Positions 27,058 to 36,490 of a stretch of DNA of 64,000 nt are shown here, in pieces. This DNA is from Candidatus Omnitrophota bacterium (GTDB taxonomy: Bacteria; Omnitrophota; Gorgyraeia; Tantalellales; Tantalellaceae), in assembly GCA_049643885.1 (NCBI GenBank), contig JBARQV010000015.1:75430-139429 (forward strand), read 5' to 3'. Each line of letters starts with the position of its first letter. Within the stretch, counting starts at the first letter, position 1. The notes beneath the pieces were generated by a model. It was not told the DNA's origin and did not search any database. It saw only the letters and a program-made list of their open reading frames with translations. The position numbers and the translations under genes are program-made.

Positions 27058-27141
27058 TGTCCGCTCATTATTATTGACTTTTGCGGTTTAACCGCTAAAA
27101 TATAGTAAATAATATTAATATATAGCAGTGAAAGGAGCGGG

Positions 27142-27450
27142 ATGAAAAACAAACAAGAGGGCAATCTTTACGCTGTATTGTCCTATCTCTGGGTTCTATG
27201 CCTTATACCGATCTTGTTAAAAAAAGATGACGAATTCATTATTTTTCACGCCAAGCAGGGGCTGGTGCTGTTTATCACGGAAGCAGCGTTCAGCATAATA
27301 GGGATAATCCCGCTTTTGGGCGGGCTGGTCGCAAAACTCGGGATATTTATCTGCGGTATACTTTCTCTTATCGGGATAGTGCAGGTTCTAATGGGCAATA
27401 AATGGAAAATACCTGTGATAGGGGATTGGGCCGAAAGAATTACAGTTTAG
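27142..27450 (+). CDS. DUF4870-family small membrane protein
   Basis: YAVLSYLWVLCLIPIL...GII motif, typical of DUF4870. Confidence 0.55.
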   Translation: MKNKQEGNLYAVLSYLWVLCLIPILLKKDDEFIIFHAKQGLVLFITEAAFSIIGIIPLLGGLVAKLGIFICGILSLIGIVQVLMGNKWKIPVIGDWAERITV

Positions 27451-27451
27451 A

Positions 27452-28267
27452 GTGAAGTTACCCATTAAGATACTTATAATATCGTTAGTTGTCGCCTTGA
27501 TCCTGGCAGCCATAGGCATGATAATAGAGACGGTGAGGCGGGCAAGAAAGCCTCCCGAAAAGGCCGGGCTGGAGGTCGTGAAACATTTTACGCTTTCCTC
27601 AAGTTCCGAGATGAAAGAGCTTGATGACAAGCTTCTGGCCGACAGCCGGACCAGTTACGTTATTTCTGAAGCGGATGGCGACAAATTTTTAAAAGCTGTC
27701 AGTGAAGACTCGGCTTCAGCTCTTTTTTATCGGCATAAATTAGTGCCGGAAAAACGTCCTTTCGTCAGCTGGGACTGGAAGGCGGGCAAGTTCCCCTCCA
27801 GGTCAAAAGAAGAAGCCCTGGACAAAAAGGATGAATTTGATTTTGTCGCCCAGTTCTATGTGATATTTTCATCAAGGTTCTTTCTGAATGCCAAAGCGAT
27901 CCAGTATGTCTGGACTGAGAATGTCCCGGCCGGGACCGTTAGCGATAGCCCGTACACAAAGAACGTTAAGATCCTTGTTTTGGAGTCAGGTATGTCGGAA
28001 GAATGGAAACACGAGGAGAGGAATATAAATGAGGATTTTGAAAAACTTTTCGAGGAAGAACTGAATGAGGACGTCGATGCTGTAGCTCTGATGACGGATT
28101 CGGACAGCACTGATACCAGCGCGGAGGCGTATTTCAAGGATATAAAGATAGGGTATCTTGGAGCTCTTCCGGGCGAGAAGAAAAGCAGAATGAGGAAACG
28201 CAGGAGCAAGGCCGAAAGATCGAAACGTTTTCCTTTTCTAAAAATAAAAGGTGCTTATACTAATTAG
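27452..28267 (+). CDS. membrane-anchored hypothetical protein, paralog of 11362-12099 (DUF3047-like, tentative)
   Basis: GTG start. Transmembrane anchor. Shared W-D-W-K, YVW, EERN..DF and SD..T...A.AYF motifs with the ORF at 11362. Confidence 0.5.
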   Translation: MKLPIKILIISLVVALILAAIGMIIETVRRARKPPEKAGLEVVKHFTLSSSSEMKELDDKLLADSRTSYVISEADGDKFLKAVSEDSASALFYRHKLVPEKRPFVSWDWKAGKFPSRSKEEALDKKDEFDFVAQFYVIFSSRFFLNAKAIQYVWTENVPAGTVSDSPYTKNVKILVLESGMSEEWKHEERNINEDFEKLFEEELNEDVDAVALMTDSDSTDTSAEAYFKDIKIGYLGALPGEKKSRMRKRRSKAERSKRFPFLKIKGAYTN

Positions 28268-28308
28268 AAAGAAAGGAGCCAGCCATTAAGTATTTTAACC
28301 GGACATTA

Positions 28309-28695
28309 TTGACGCATAACCTGTTTATCATTGTTTTTTCGATGACCGTTCCTACTATTTTTGTGGGAGGCTGCCTTTATTATTTCATCTTTACGGTGAT
28401 GGCGGAACAGCTGGTGCTGCCGGATATGATAGCAATGAACCTTTTACCGGTCATTCACAAGATCAATTACATCCTTCTTATAGGATTACCGGCCGTATTT
28501 GTTGTCATACTGGGATGGGCCGCTTTTCTGTCGTACCGGTTCGTAGCTCCGCTGGAACGTCTGGAAGAAGATCTGGAGAAGATCGACAGTGGGGATTATT
28601 CGGTGCGTCTCCAGATCAGCAGGGATCACGACCTGAGCCCCATCACGGATGTGATAAACGACCTGGTCGATAAACTTGAAAAGAACAAAAGGTAG
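28309..28695 (+). CDS. membrane protein with HAMP domain, hypothetical
   Basis: Two transmembrane segments, then a HAMP-like APLERLEEDLEKIDSGDYSVRL. Start codon uncertain (TTG). Confidence 0.4.
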   Translation: MTHNLFIIVFSMTVPTIFVGGCLYYFIFTVMAEQLVLPDMIAMNLLPVIHKINYILLIGLPAVFVVILGWAAFLSYRFVAPLERLEEDLEKIDSGDYSVRLQISRDHDLSPITDVINDLVDKLEKNKR

Positions 28696-28703
28696 AAACA
28701 GGA

Positions 28704-29495
28704 ATGGGAGCGCATCAAACTGCTATTGTGGCCAAAAGTGCTGAGATCGACAGCTCGGCTGAGATAGGCCCCGGGGTCATAGTGGAAGAAGGGGCCCGGG
28801 TCGGTCCGGGAGTGAAGATAATGGCCAACGCTTATGTCTACCGGGGGACGGAGATAGGCGAGGGTACTGTTATTTATCAGGGTGCCGTGATCGGGGGCGA
28901 ACCCCAGGATCACTCCTATGAAGGAGGAGAAAGTTTCACCAAGATCGGCAAGAACAACATTATCCGCGAGTACGTGACCATCCATCGGGGGACCACCGAA
29001 GGTTCATCGACTGTGATCGGGGACAACAATTTCCTGATGGTCCAGTCACATGTTGGGCATAATTGCAGGATAGAGGATAACGTGATCATAGCTAACGGGG
29101 CTTTACTGGCAGGGTACGTCGAAGTCGAAAAAGGCGCTTTTCTGTCGGGTAACGTTGTTTTCCACCAGTTTTGCCGTATCGGCCGTTATGCTATGATAGG
29201 GGGGTTCAGCGGCGTGAATAAAGATGTCCCCCCGTATATGATAGTCAGGGGACCTTCGGCTATAAGGGGGATCAATCTTGTCGGCCTGAGGCGGGCCGGG
29301 TTCAGCCGTGAGGCAATAAGAGAGATCAAGGAAGCTTATAAACTCCTGTTTGTCTCGGGGCGGTCAACTCGGGAAGCGCTTGATGAGATGAAGAAAAGCC
29401 TGAAATCGGATGAGGTCGGGCATTTAGCCTCGTTTATCGAGGATTCAAAAAGAGGTATCTGTAAATGCAGGTTCAGTAAAGAGGAATTTTTCTAA
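28704..29495 (+). CDS. lpxA: acyl-ACP--UDP-N-acetylglucosamine O-acyltransferase
   Basis: Hexapeptide left-handed beta-helix repeats. C-terminal helical domain. Length 263 aa, characteristic of LpxA. Confidence 0.8.
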   Translation: MGAHQTAIVAKSAEIDSSAEIGPGVIVEEGARVGPGVKIMANAYVYRGTEIGEGTVIYQGAVIGGEPQDHSYEGGESFTKIGKNNIIREYVTIHRGTTEGSSTVIGDNNFLMVQSHVGHNCRIEDNVIIANGALLAGYVEVEKGAFLSGNVVFHQFCRIGRYAMIGGFSGVNKDVPPYMIVRGPSAIRGINLVGLRRAGFSREAIREIKEAYKLLFVSGRSTREALDEMKKSLKSDEVGHLASFIEDSKRGICKCRFSKEEFF

Positions 29496-29510
29496 AAGGG
29501 AGGTAGATGT

Positions 29511-29867
29511 ATGAAGAAAAGTGACATGAACAAAATGTTCAAGAAATATCAGCCGCTTGTGAAGAAAACAGGCGAGCAGCTTTCAAAAGCTGTGAAAGCG
29601 GCCGAAAAAGATATTTCCAAAATGTACAAGATCGCCCAGACTCACGTCGAGATGCAGATGAAAAATCTTCAGAAAGAAAAGCTCTATTATGATCTGGGCA
29701 AGGTCGTTGCGGGAAAACTCATGAAAGGCGAGATCGAGGTCGCCGGTCTTGAAAAATATAAAAAATCTCTCAACAAGCTCGACTCAGAGGGTGCGAAAAT
29801 GAAGAGGGAGCTTTCCCGCGTCGGAAGCTCCAAGACCGAAAAGAAAAAGACTTCAAAGAAAAAATAA
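29511..29867 (+). CDS. hypothetical coiled-coil protein with Lys-rich C-terminal tail
   Basis: GGGAGG Shine-Dalgarno; helical heptad character; ...KTEKKKTSKKK tail. Confidence 0.45.
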   Translation: MKKSDMNKMFKKYQPLVKKTGEQLSKAVKAAEKDISKMYKIAQTHVEMQMKNLQKEKLYYDLGKVVAGKLMKGEIEVAGLEKYKKSLNKLDSEGAKMKRELSRVGSSKTEKKKTSKKK

Positions 29868-29917
29868 AGTTTGGCACGACGAAGTTAAAGCTTGGCACAA
29901 CAAGGAGGAACGAAATT

Positions 29918-31294
29918 ATGAAGAGAGTCTTTGTCATTACACTTTTTGTGTTCCTGATCGGGATGTCCGCATCCTCTCATGCGGAAAAAGAATGGAGATT
30001 CGTCGAGCGGGACTGGAAGACGACCAAGATCAAACGCATGGTTTCCGACCTTTACGACAGGGAACGCGCTCGCGAGGCCGAGAATTATCTGATAAGTTGC
30101 GGGCCGGAAGCCCTGGAATTCGTAACCCCTCTTCTTAATGATGAGGGCAACGAATCTGTCCGTGTTTCGGCGCTCTATATCATAAGGGAGGCCGGCGACA
30201 GTTCGTGTGAAGAAGCTGTGGCGGAAAAACTTCAGGACGAGAGCCCAAGAGTTAGGAAGGAAGCTTACAAGACACTGCGCGCGATCGGGACAAAAGAGTA
30301 CGCTGAACCTGAGTCTTTCCACGCGGAAGACGAATGGGAATTTATCAACCGGGGCTGGAAGACCAACAAGATAAAACGGTTAGTTTTGAAACTTTACGAC
30401 AAAAAACAGGCGGACAGTGCCAAGAAATATCTTTCGAGTTACGGCCCGGAGGTCGTCGAATTCGTGGCTCCGCTCGTTAACGATAAAAATAACGAAAATG
30501 TCCGCATTGATGCCCTTTACATCATAGGTCAGGTCGGCGACAGTTCGTATGAGGAATTAGTCATCGAGAAACTTCGTGACAGGAACCGCAGGGTAAGACA
30601 GGAAGCCGCAAGGACATTGACCATGATAGGCACGGAGAAGTCCATCGAGCCGCTTAAGGAACTTTTGGAGGACTATAATCCGGACCTCAGGTTTAACGCT
30701 ATAAGGGCCCTTGCCAGGATCGCCCCGGAACAGGAGAAGGATCTATTTATCGAAGCCCTTAATAATTATGATCCCCGTATACGCATGTTCGCGGTGAATG
30801 CCCTGGGCAACATGAAAGCGGCGGATACTGTCGTTTATCTATCCGAGATGGTCCAGGACGAAGATGCCGGAGTAAGGTTTGAAGTGGCCAAGGCTCTGGG
30901 CAAGATCAATACAAAAGAATGTTTAAAGCCTCTTGTATGGCTCACCAGGGATCCCGAGGTCGATATAAGGGTGCTGGCTCTGAGGAACGTCGCCAAGATG
31001 GGTACGCCTGAAGCTGAAAAACCCTTGGTCAAGGCTGCCGGAAGTTTCGACCCCAGGGTGGCCAGCAGAGCCATTCTGAGCCTGGGAAGGATGAAGAGCC
31101 CCAAAGCTCTGGATGTAGCCAGAAAATACCTGGACGATGAACATGTTCTAGTGAGGCTTGCCTGCGTAGAAGTCCTGGGAATGATGGGCGGCGAAGAGGA
31201 AAAATCCCTTTTAGAGCCTCTTCTGGAAGCAGAATCTACCAAGGTAAGGAAAAGAGCTAAGAAAGCCTTGGCGGAGGTTAACGGCAGAACATGA
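29918..31294 (+). CDS. secreted HEAT/PBS-lyase repeat protein
   Basis: Signal peptide. More than 8 HEAT-like repeats (...VRxxAxxALGxIG...). Confidence 0.65.
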   Translation: MKRVFVITLFVFLIGMSASSHAEKEWRFVERDWKTTKIKRMVSDLYDRERAREAENYLISCGPEALEFVTPLLNDEGNESVRVSALYIIREAGDSSCEEAVAEKLQDESPRVRKEAYKTLRAIGTKEYAEPESFHAEDEWEFINRGWKTNKIKRLVLKLYDKKQADSAKKYLSSYGPEVVEFVAPLVNDKNNENVRIDALYIIGQVGDSSYEELVIEKLRDRNRRVRQEAARTLTMIGTEKSIEPLKELLEDYNPDLRFNAIRALARIAPEQEKDLFIEALNNYDPRIRMFAVNALGNMKAADTVVYLSEMVQDEDAGVRFEVAKALGKINTKECLKPLVWLTRDPEVDIRVLALRNVAKMGTPEAEKPLVKAAGSFDPRVASRAILSLGRMKSPKALDVARKYLDDEHVLVRLACVEVLGMMGGEEEKSLLEPLLEAESTKVRKRAKKALAEVNGRT

Positions 31295-32406
31295 CCCCGG
31301 AGAGAGCGCCGTCAAAATCCAAAAGGTATTCAGCGGTAAAGACACGTTTTTTTATTGCTGATCTTGTTTTGACGTTTGCTGCTCTTGTGGTTTTTCAACT
31401 GTTGTTATCGCGTGGACTTTCCCGGGCGGTTGCCGGAACATTCACCAGCTTTTATCTCGGCTGCCTTATCTACGTTACTGCTTTCTTCATATTCACGTAT
31501 ATACTGGGTTTTCCGCTTCACTTTGCCAATTCCTTTTTTGTTGAACACCATTTCGGCCTTTCCAATCAGAGCTTAGCAGCCTGGATGCTGGATGAATTTA
31601 AGCAAGTGCTGCTGTCTTTTGCCCTCTGGATCGCATGCACACAGGTGTTCTATTTAGTCCTGCGGAATTTTCCAAACCTTTGGTGGGTTATCATCGCGGC
31701 CTTGTGGATATTTTTCTCGATTGTACTAAGCCGCATTTTACCGGTCCTTATCATTCCGCTGTTTTTCAAGTATATACCGATAGAGGATAAAGGCTTGAGG
31801 GACCGCATATTCGCCCTGGCTGACAAAACTCAAGTGCGGCTCATGGATGTATGCAAGATCGATCTCAGCAGTAAGACCAAGAAGGCGAATGCGGCCCTGG
31901 TGGGCCTGGGTAAGACCCGCAAGGTCATACTGGCCGACACCCTGACTGACGAATTTACACCGGAAGAGGTGGAAACGGTCGTCGCTCATGAGTTTGCCCA
32001 CCACAAGTACAGGCATATCTGGCAACTTTTGCTGTTTTCCGGGGTGCTGACACTGGCCGCGTTATACATCCTGTTCATGCTTGCCGATAAGGTAGCGGTT
32101 CTGGCCGGAGTGCCGGGGATCGACGACTTATATCTTTTCCCTGTTCTTGTCTTTTTCCTGGTCGTGTCCGGTCTGGCCGTACTTCCCGTGCAGAATCTGT
32201 TTTCGAGGATCCTTGAGCGACAGGCGGACAGGTTCGCGCTGGAGTGCATGAAAGATCCGGAAACGTTCATATCGGTTATGAAGAAGCTGGCTTCGATGAA
32301 CCTGGCCGATATGGAACCATCGCGACTGAAGAAGATCTTTCTTTATGACCATCCGCCGATATGCGAGCGGATACAGATGGCCGAGAAGATCAAGGCTAAA
32401 GGTTAG
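31291..32406 (+). CDS. M48 (Ste24/HtpX-like) integral membrane zinc metallopeptidase
   Basis: Multi-transmembrane N-terminus. HEFAHHKYRH (HExxH) in the C-terminal half. Confidence 0.7.
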   Translation: MTPERAPSKSKRYSAVKTRFFIADLVLTFAALVVFQLLLSRGLSRAVAGTFTSFYLGCLIYVTAFFIFTYILGFPLHFANSFFVEHHFGLSNQSLAAWMLDEFKQVLLSFALWIACTQVFYLVLRNFPNLWWVIIAALWIFFSIVLSRILPVLIIPLFFKYIPIEDKGLRDRIFALADKTQVRLMDVCKIDLSSKTKKANAALVGLGKTRKVILADTLTDEFTPEEVETVVAHEFAHHKYRHIWQLLLFSGVLTLAALYILFMLADKVAVLAGVPGIDDLYLFPVLVFFLVVSGLAVLPVQNLFSRILERQADRFALECMKDPETFISVMKKLASMNLADMEPSRLKKIFLYDHPPICERIQMAEKIKAKG

Positions 32407-32423
32407 GGTAAGGGGAGGCCGGT

Positions 32424-33086
32424 TTGGCAGTTAGTTCAAGGGTTAAACGTCAGATAATACGCAAGATTTACAACAAGCTTGAAAAGCGTTTCGGGGATCT
32501 GGGGTGGTGGCCGGCGAGCTCGCGATTTGAAGTGATAATTGGGGCGGTCCTGACGCAGAATACTGCTTGGAAAAACGTAGAAAGGGCCATAGCAGAATTG
32601 AAGCGGGAAAGGGTCATGAGCCCTGGAAAAATATTAAGGATAAGCGGCACAAGATTATCCGGGCTCATAAGGTCCGCCGGGTATTACAGGGTAAAGGCAA
32701 AGAGGCTTAAATCTGTCTGCAGTTTTTTAGAGGAAGAAGGCGGTTCAGGGCTGTCAAAACTAAAAAGACAGAGCACCAGGGCGCTCAGAGAAAAACTTTT
32801 GAAAGTCAATGGGGTCGGGCCGGAGACAGCGGATTCTATCCTTGTCTATGCCATGGAAAAGCCGGTTTTTGTAGTGGACGCGTATACTAAAAGGATATTT
32901 TCCCGCCATGGTCTTGTCGCTGAGAGCGCGTCTTATGACGAGATCCAATCTCTTGTCCATGAAAATTTTCCGAAAACGGTGAAATCCTTGAACCAGTTTC
33001 ACGCTCTTTTGGTAGAGACCGGAAAAAGATACTGCAAAAAGAAAAAAGCGCTCTGTGAAGAGTGCCCGTTATGTAGACTCTTGTAG
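32424..33086 (+). CDS. endonuclease III-related HhH-GPD protein
   Basis: LTQNTAWKNV; HhH GVGPETADSIL; C-terminal CEECPLC. TTG start after a GGGGAGG Shine-Dalgarno. Confidence 0.65.
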   Translation: MAVSSRVKRQIIRKIYNKLEKRFGDLGWWPASSRFEVIIGAVLTQNTAWKNVERAIAELKRERVMSPGKILRISGTRLSGLIRSAGYYRVKAKRLKSVCSFLEEEGGSGLSKLKRQSTRALREKLLKVNGVGPETADSILVYAMEKPVFVVDAYTKRIFSRHGLVAESASYDEIQSLVHENFPKTVKSLNQFHALLVETGKRYCKKKKALCEECPLCRLL

Positions 33087-33230
33087 TTTGTGGTTTGGAT
33101 CCATCAGCGCGGGTGGCGCTACAGTGTCCGAGCACCGCACAAACCAGTGGCGCGGAGGCGCGCAGGACACTGAGCGACAGGACCCGCACACTGGATGCTG
33201 GATGTCAGATACCGGATAATGAATAGTAAA
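33087..33230 (+). repeat. ~140-nt intergenic element, copy A (inverted partner at 37037-37170)
   Basis: Termini TAGTTTGTGG(T/G)TTGGATCC ... CAGGACCCGCACACTRGATGCTGGATGT..CAGATACCGGATAATG are conserved with the reverse complement of 37037-37170. GC-rich variable core with internal stems. Confidence 0.6.
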
Positions 33231-33269
33231 TAATGGAGTTTGGGATTTTTCATGTAAAGGGGGTGAAGC

Positions 33270-33563
33270 ATGATCTTTGGGATTTTCAGGAAAAAGAAAG
33301 AGGAAGAGATAAAAGGGGTCCTTATTGGGGAAGTCGTGCATTATTTCCGGAAGGTAAAAGCCGCGGTGATCAAAATAAAAAAGAATAAAGTTTCCGTCGG
33401 CGACGACATACGGATCAAAGGTCATACTACGGATTTCGGCCAGAAGGTCAAATCGATGCAGATAGACCATGAGTCCGTTGAAAGCGCCGCAAAGGGTAAA
33501 GAGGTGGCGATCAAGGTAGGGAAGAAGGTAAGAAGAGGGGACAAGGTATATATAGTAAGCTAA
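33270..33563 (+). CDS. hypothetical small protein (EF-Tu domain-2-like beta-barrel?)
   Basis: Pattern VGDDIRIKGHTT...EVAIKV...GDKVYIV is reminiscent of translation-factor beta-barrel domains. Weak assignment. Confidence 0.4.
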   Translation: MIFGIFRKKKEEEIKGVLIGEVVHYFRKVKAAVIKIKKNKVSVGDDIRIKGHTTDFGQKVKSMQIDHESVESAAKGKEVAIKVGKKVRRGDKVYIVS

Positions 33564-33579
33564 CCCCACACTTCCGTGT

Positions 33580-33628
33580 GGGGAATGGATACTAAATGTG
33601 GAAGGATGCTACAGGCGGAAGCCTGTAG
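33580..33628. repeat. GGGGAATG(G)ATACT...CTACAGGC-GGAA-GCCTGTAG repeat (GNRA-capped 8-bp hairpin), copy 1
   Basis: Perfect hairpin with GGAA tetraloop. Preceded by the CCCCACAC-TTCC-GTGTGGGG hairpin. A second copy is at 56349-56379. Confidence 0.5.
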
Positions 33629-33645
33629 AACAAGGGTCGGAAAGC

Positions 33646-34425
33646 ATGGAAGAGTTGGCGAAGATCAAGGAAGTGGCTGTCAGTGTCGCGCAAGAGGCGG
33701 GGAATTATGCGCTTCAGCGAATGGGACATCTGAAGCAAGTCTCCCAGAAAAGCGGGAGGACCGACCTGGTGACCGATGTCGATAAAAAATGCGAAGAGAT
33801 CATCATCGGCAGGATCAAAAAAGATTTTCCTGCGCACTCCATACTGGCCGAGGAAAGCGGGGAGTACAGCCGCGAAGCCGCTCATAGGTGGGTAATAGAT
33901 CCGTTGGACGGGACGACGAATTACGCTCATTCTTTTCCTGTATTTTGTGTTTCTATCGGCGTAATGCTGAACGATAAGGTGAAGCTGGGCGTTGTCTATG
34001 ACCCGTCCAGAGAGGAACTCTTTATGGCCGAGGACGGCAAGGGCGCATTCCTTAACGGAAAAAAAATCAAAGTATCCGGGACGAAAGCGCTTCAGGATTC
34101 ACTTGTCGTAACGGGTTTTGCTTACAACATTCAAGGAAAGATAGCGAATGTTGAATATTTTAAAAAAATGTTGGAAATCACACAGGCAGTAAGGCGTTTA
34201 GGGTCTGCCGCTCTGGATCTTTGCTATGTCGCGTGCGGAAGGTTTGACGGCTTTTGGGAATTGGGCCTTAACCCTTGGGATATGGCCGCAGGGCAGCTTG
34301 TGGTCAAGGAAGCAGGCGGAATCGTTACGACAATGAGAGGCGGACCTTTTGATATCTTTAAAAAAGATATAACGGCAACGAACGGAATAATTCATGATGA
34401 AATGCTTAAGGGCATGATTCATTAA
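33646..34425 (+). CDS. inositol monophosphatase family protein (SuhB/IMPase-like)
   Basis: WVIDPLDGTTNYAHSFP and Li-sensitive phosphatase motifs. The internal ATG at 33646 is preferred over the 33598 start. Confidence 0.75.
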   Translation: MEELAKIKEVAVSVAQEAGNYALQRMGHLKQVSQKSGRTDLVTDVDKKCEEIIIGRIKKDFPAHSILAEESGEYSREAAHRWVIDPLDGTTNYAHSFPVFCVSIGVMLNDKVKLGVVYDPSREELFMAEDGKGAFLNGKKIKVSGTKALQDSLVVTGFAYNIQGKIANVEYFKKMLEITQAVRRLGSAALDLCYVACGRFDGFWELGLNPWDMAAGQLVVKEAGGIVTTMRGGPFDIFKKDITATNGIIHDEMLKGMIH

Positions 34426-34516
34426 TCCTACCAGGCGTATCTATAACTCCCTTAATGTAAAGCACTTTAAAAAAAAGAATTTTTTGACAATTATGGTTAA
34501 GATATAAAATAGTTAG

Positions 34517-34545
34517 TTGACTCAAAGAAGAATTTCACCTATAAT
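34517..34545 (+). promoter_or_regulatory. sigma70 promoter TTGACT-N17-TATAAT
   Basis: Consensus spacing and hexamers. Upstream of the ORF at 34594. Confidence 0.5.
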
Positions 34546-34593
34546 GTAAACTACAAAAAAGCTAGGTAATCAGCAACTTTTAAGGGGAAAATT

Positions 34594-34965
34594 ATGAAAT
34601 ATAGAACATTGATCGAACTTATATGTGATGCGATTGACAAGGATGATGCTATCCATACCGCCGGTGAATTTCTAAGAGGCGAAGTGGAATCGGGCGTGGA
34701 CATGCGCTATAGCGCCAGAACACTCAGGTCGCACCGCGCGTTCAAATACGGTTTTACCGGGCTTCTTGTTTTGTGCCTGATCTCCACCTTATATATAGGT
34801 TACGCGACAAAGGAAAAGAACGAGACCCTGCGACACATCACGGGATATATATTAAGCAATACCTGCACGATCCAGCCGGTTTTGAAAACCCAGCATACCG
34901 AAGAATTTAAGGAAAAATGGGAAAATAAAAAGAGCGAGGTTATGTTCGATCATTTAAAGAAATAA
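34594..34965 (+). CDS. hypothetical membrane protein
   Basis: One central transmembrane segment. GGGGAAAA Shine-Dalgarno. Confidence 0.4.
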   Translation: MKYRTLIELICDAIDKDDAIHTAGEFLRGEVESGVDMRYSARTLRSHRAFKYGFTGLLVLCLISTLYIGYATKEKNETLRHITGYILSNTCTIQPVLKTQHTEEFKEKWENKKSEVMFDHLKK

Positions 34966-34993
34966 ACAGCGCTTGGTAAAAACGTCAAAAAAA

Positions 34994-35023
34994 GGAGGGG
35001 CAATAAGACCCCTTCTTTTTTTT
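34994..35023 (+). terminator. intrinsic terminator (GGAGGGG-CAATAAGA-CCCCTTC then T8)
   Basis: Stem-loop plus U-tract after the ORF at 34594. Confidence 0.7.
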
Positions 35024-35078
35024 GTAAATTGACTTTTGTTCATGTATAATAAACACATAAGTCGATTCAGGTGAAAGA

Positions 35079-35510
35079 ATGGTCGAAAAACGCGGAAGAT
35101 CCGGAAAAGAAAAAAAGCGCACGATACTCGTGGTTGATGATGAAATAGGGATAGTGTCTTTCCTGTATGATTTTTTTGTCCGTAAAGGATACGATGTCCT
35201 ACAGGCAACCGACGCCAATAGTGCCCTCCAGACAGTAAAGAAAGAAAATCCTGATCTTGTTCTTCTGGACATCAAGCTGGGGCACGGGAAGAGCGGCATG
35301 GACGTGCTCCGGGAGATAAAGGAGATCAAACCCAGGCAAAGGGTCATAATGATGACCGGGGTTACTGACAAGAAGGTGATTAACGAGGCCCTTCGTATAG
35401 GAGCGGATGATTATATGATCAAGCCTTTCAGCCTGCAGCATCTGGAAAGGGTTGTCGCTCTCAAGATATTGACCCTCGAAATAGAACGTATCGGAGAAGG
35501 TGGAGGGTAA
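35079..35510 (+). CDS. single-domain response regulator (receiver)
   Basis: ILVVDDE...LLDIKLG...MMTG..D...K pattern. Confidence 0.75.
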   Translation: MVEKRGRSGKEKKRTILVVDDEIGIVSFLYDFFVRKGYDVLQATDANSALQTVKKENPDLVLLDIKLGHGKSGMDVLREIKEIKPRQRVIMMTGVTDKKVINEALRIGADDYMIKPFSLQHLERVVALKILTLEIERIGEGGG

Positions 35511-36018
35511 TATTTTGAGCCGGAAAAAGATATTTAAAGGACGGCTCATCAATGTTTTGACAGAAGAAAAGACCCTGCCCGACGGGAGAAAAGCATATTT
35601 CGAAAAGATAGAACACCCCGGAGCCGCTTTGGTCCTTCCTTTTACCGCCAAAAAGATAGTTTTCATCCGACAATACCGCTGTGTAATAAGAAAATACATC
35701 TGGGAACTTCCCGCAGGGATCATCTCGCGGGGGGAGACGCCTTACGCCTGCGCCAAGAGAGAGGTCGCGGAAGAGACCGGCTACAAAGTAAGAAATCTAA
35801 GGCGTATCGGTACGATTTATACTACCCCGGGTTTCTGTAATGAAAAGATATATATCTTTTCGGCTGATTGTTTTAAAAAGAGAGCGCCGAGAAGGGAAAA
35901 AGACGAGCACATAAAGGTGAGACTTTTCAGCAGGACGGAGGTCAAGGGGCTTTTTAAAAAGGGCAAGATCACAGATTCGAAGACGATCGCCGCTCTCGCG
36001 TTTGCCGGTATAATTTGA
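35500..36018 (+). CDS. NUDIX hydrolase (ADP-ribose pyrophosphatase-like)
   Basis: Nudix box GIISRGETPYACAKREVAEETGY. GTG start overlapping the upstream stop. Confidence 0.75.
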   Translation: MEGNILSRKKIFKGRLINVLTEEKTLPDGRKAYFEKIEHPGAALVLPFTAKKIVFIRQYRCVIRKYIWELPAGIISRGETPYACAKREVAEETGYKVRNLRRIGTIYTTPGFCNEKIYIFSADCFKKRAPRREKDEHIKVRLFSRTEVKGLFKKGKITDSKTIAALAFAGII

Positions 36019-36056
36019 ATATAAATACGTGTAGAGCAGGCACTTTCGCTATGAAC

Positions 36057-36085
36057 TTGACAATCATATATATATAAGATATACT
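36057..36085 (+). promoter_or_regulatory. sigma70 promoter TTGACA-N17-TATACT
   Basis: Perfect -35 with 17-nt spacer. About 30 nt upstream of the ORF at 36115. Confidence 0.6.
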
Positions 36086-36114
36086 CCAAGCTAAAGGTCA
36101 AAAAGGGGGATAAT

Positions 36115-36429
36115 ATGAAAAGGCATTTGACGTTTTTGGTCATAGTAGCGTTTATTTTTTGTTCTATAAGCATTGGAGCTTTTGCGTCTACAAACAAGCC
36201 ACTTAAGAATCTTGGGCAGGGACTGGACGATATCTTATACGGTCAGCTGGAAGTACCTGATAATGCCAATGAGACAGGCACCAAAGGTTCACCGGCATAC
36301 GCGGATTGTACGGATAAGACAAATGACGATGTCGGAAGAGGCATCGCCAGGTTTGTAGGCGGTCTCTGGCGCATAGCGACTTTCTGGTATCCCGAGGAAG
36401 ATACTGCTACTGAAATGACCATGAAGTAA
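36115..36429 (+). CDS. small secreted protein, hypothetical
   Basis: Signal peptide MKRHLTFLVIVAFIFCSISIGAFA. GGGGGA Shine-Dalgarno. Confidence 0.45.
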   Translation: MKRHLTFLVIVAFIFCSISIGAFASTNKPLKNLGQGLDDILYGQLEVPDNANETGTKGSPAYADCTDKTNDDVGRGIARFVGGLWRIATFWYPEEDTATEMTMK

Positions 36430-36451
36430 CGCGCAGGAACGGTTTGTAAAA

Positions 36452-36490
36452 AAAGCCCGCTTGTTAGACAAGCGGGCTTTTTTTATAACT
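36452..36490. terminator. bidirectional intrinsic terminator (AAAGCCCGCTTG-TTAGA-CAAGCGGGCTTT flanked by A7/T7)
   Basis: Perfect 12-bp stem with A-run upstream and T-run downstream, between convergent genes. The nitroreductase stop codon lies in the loop. Confidence 0.8.
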
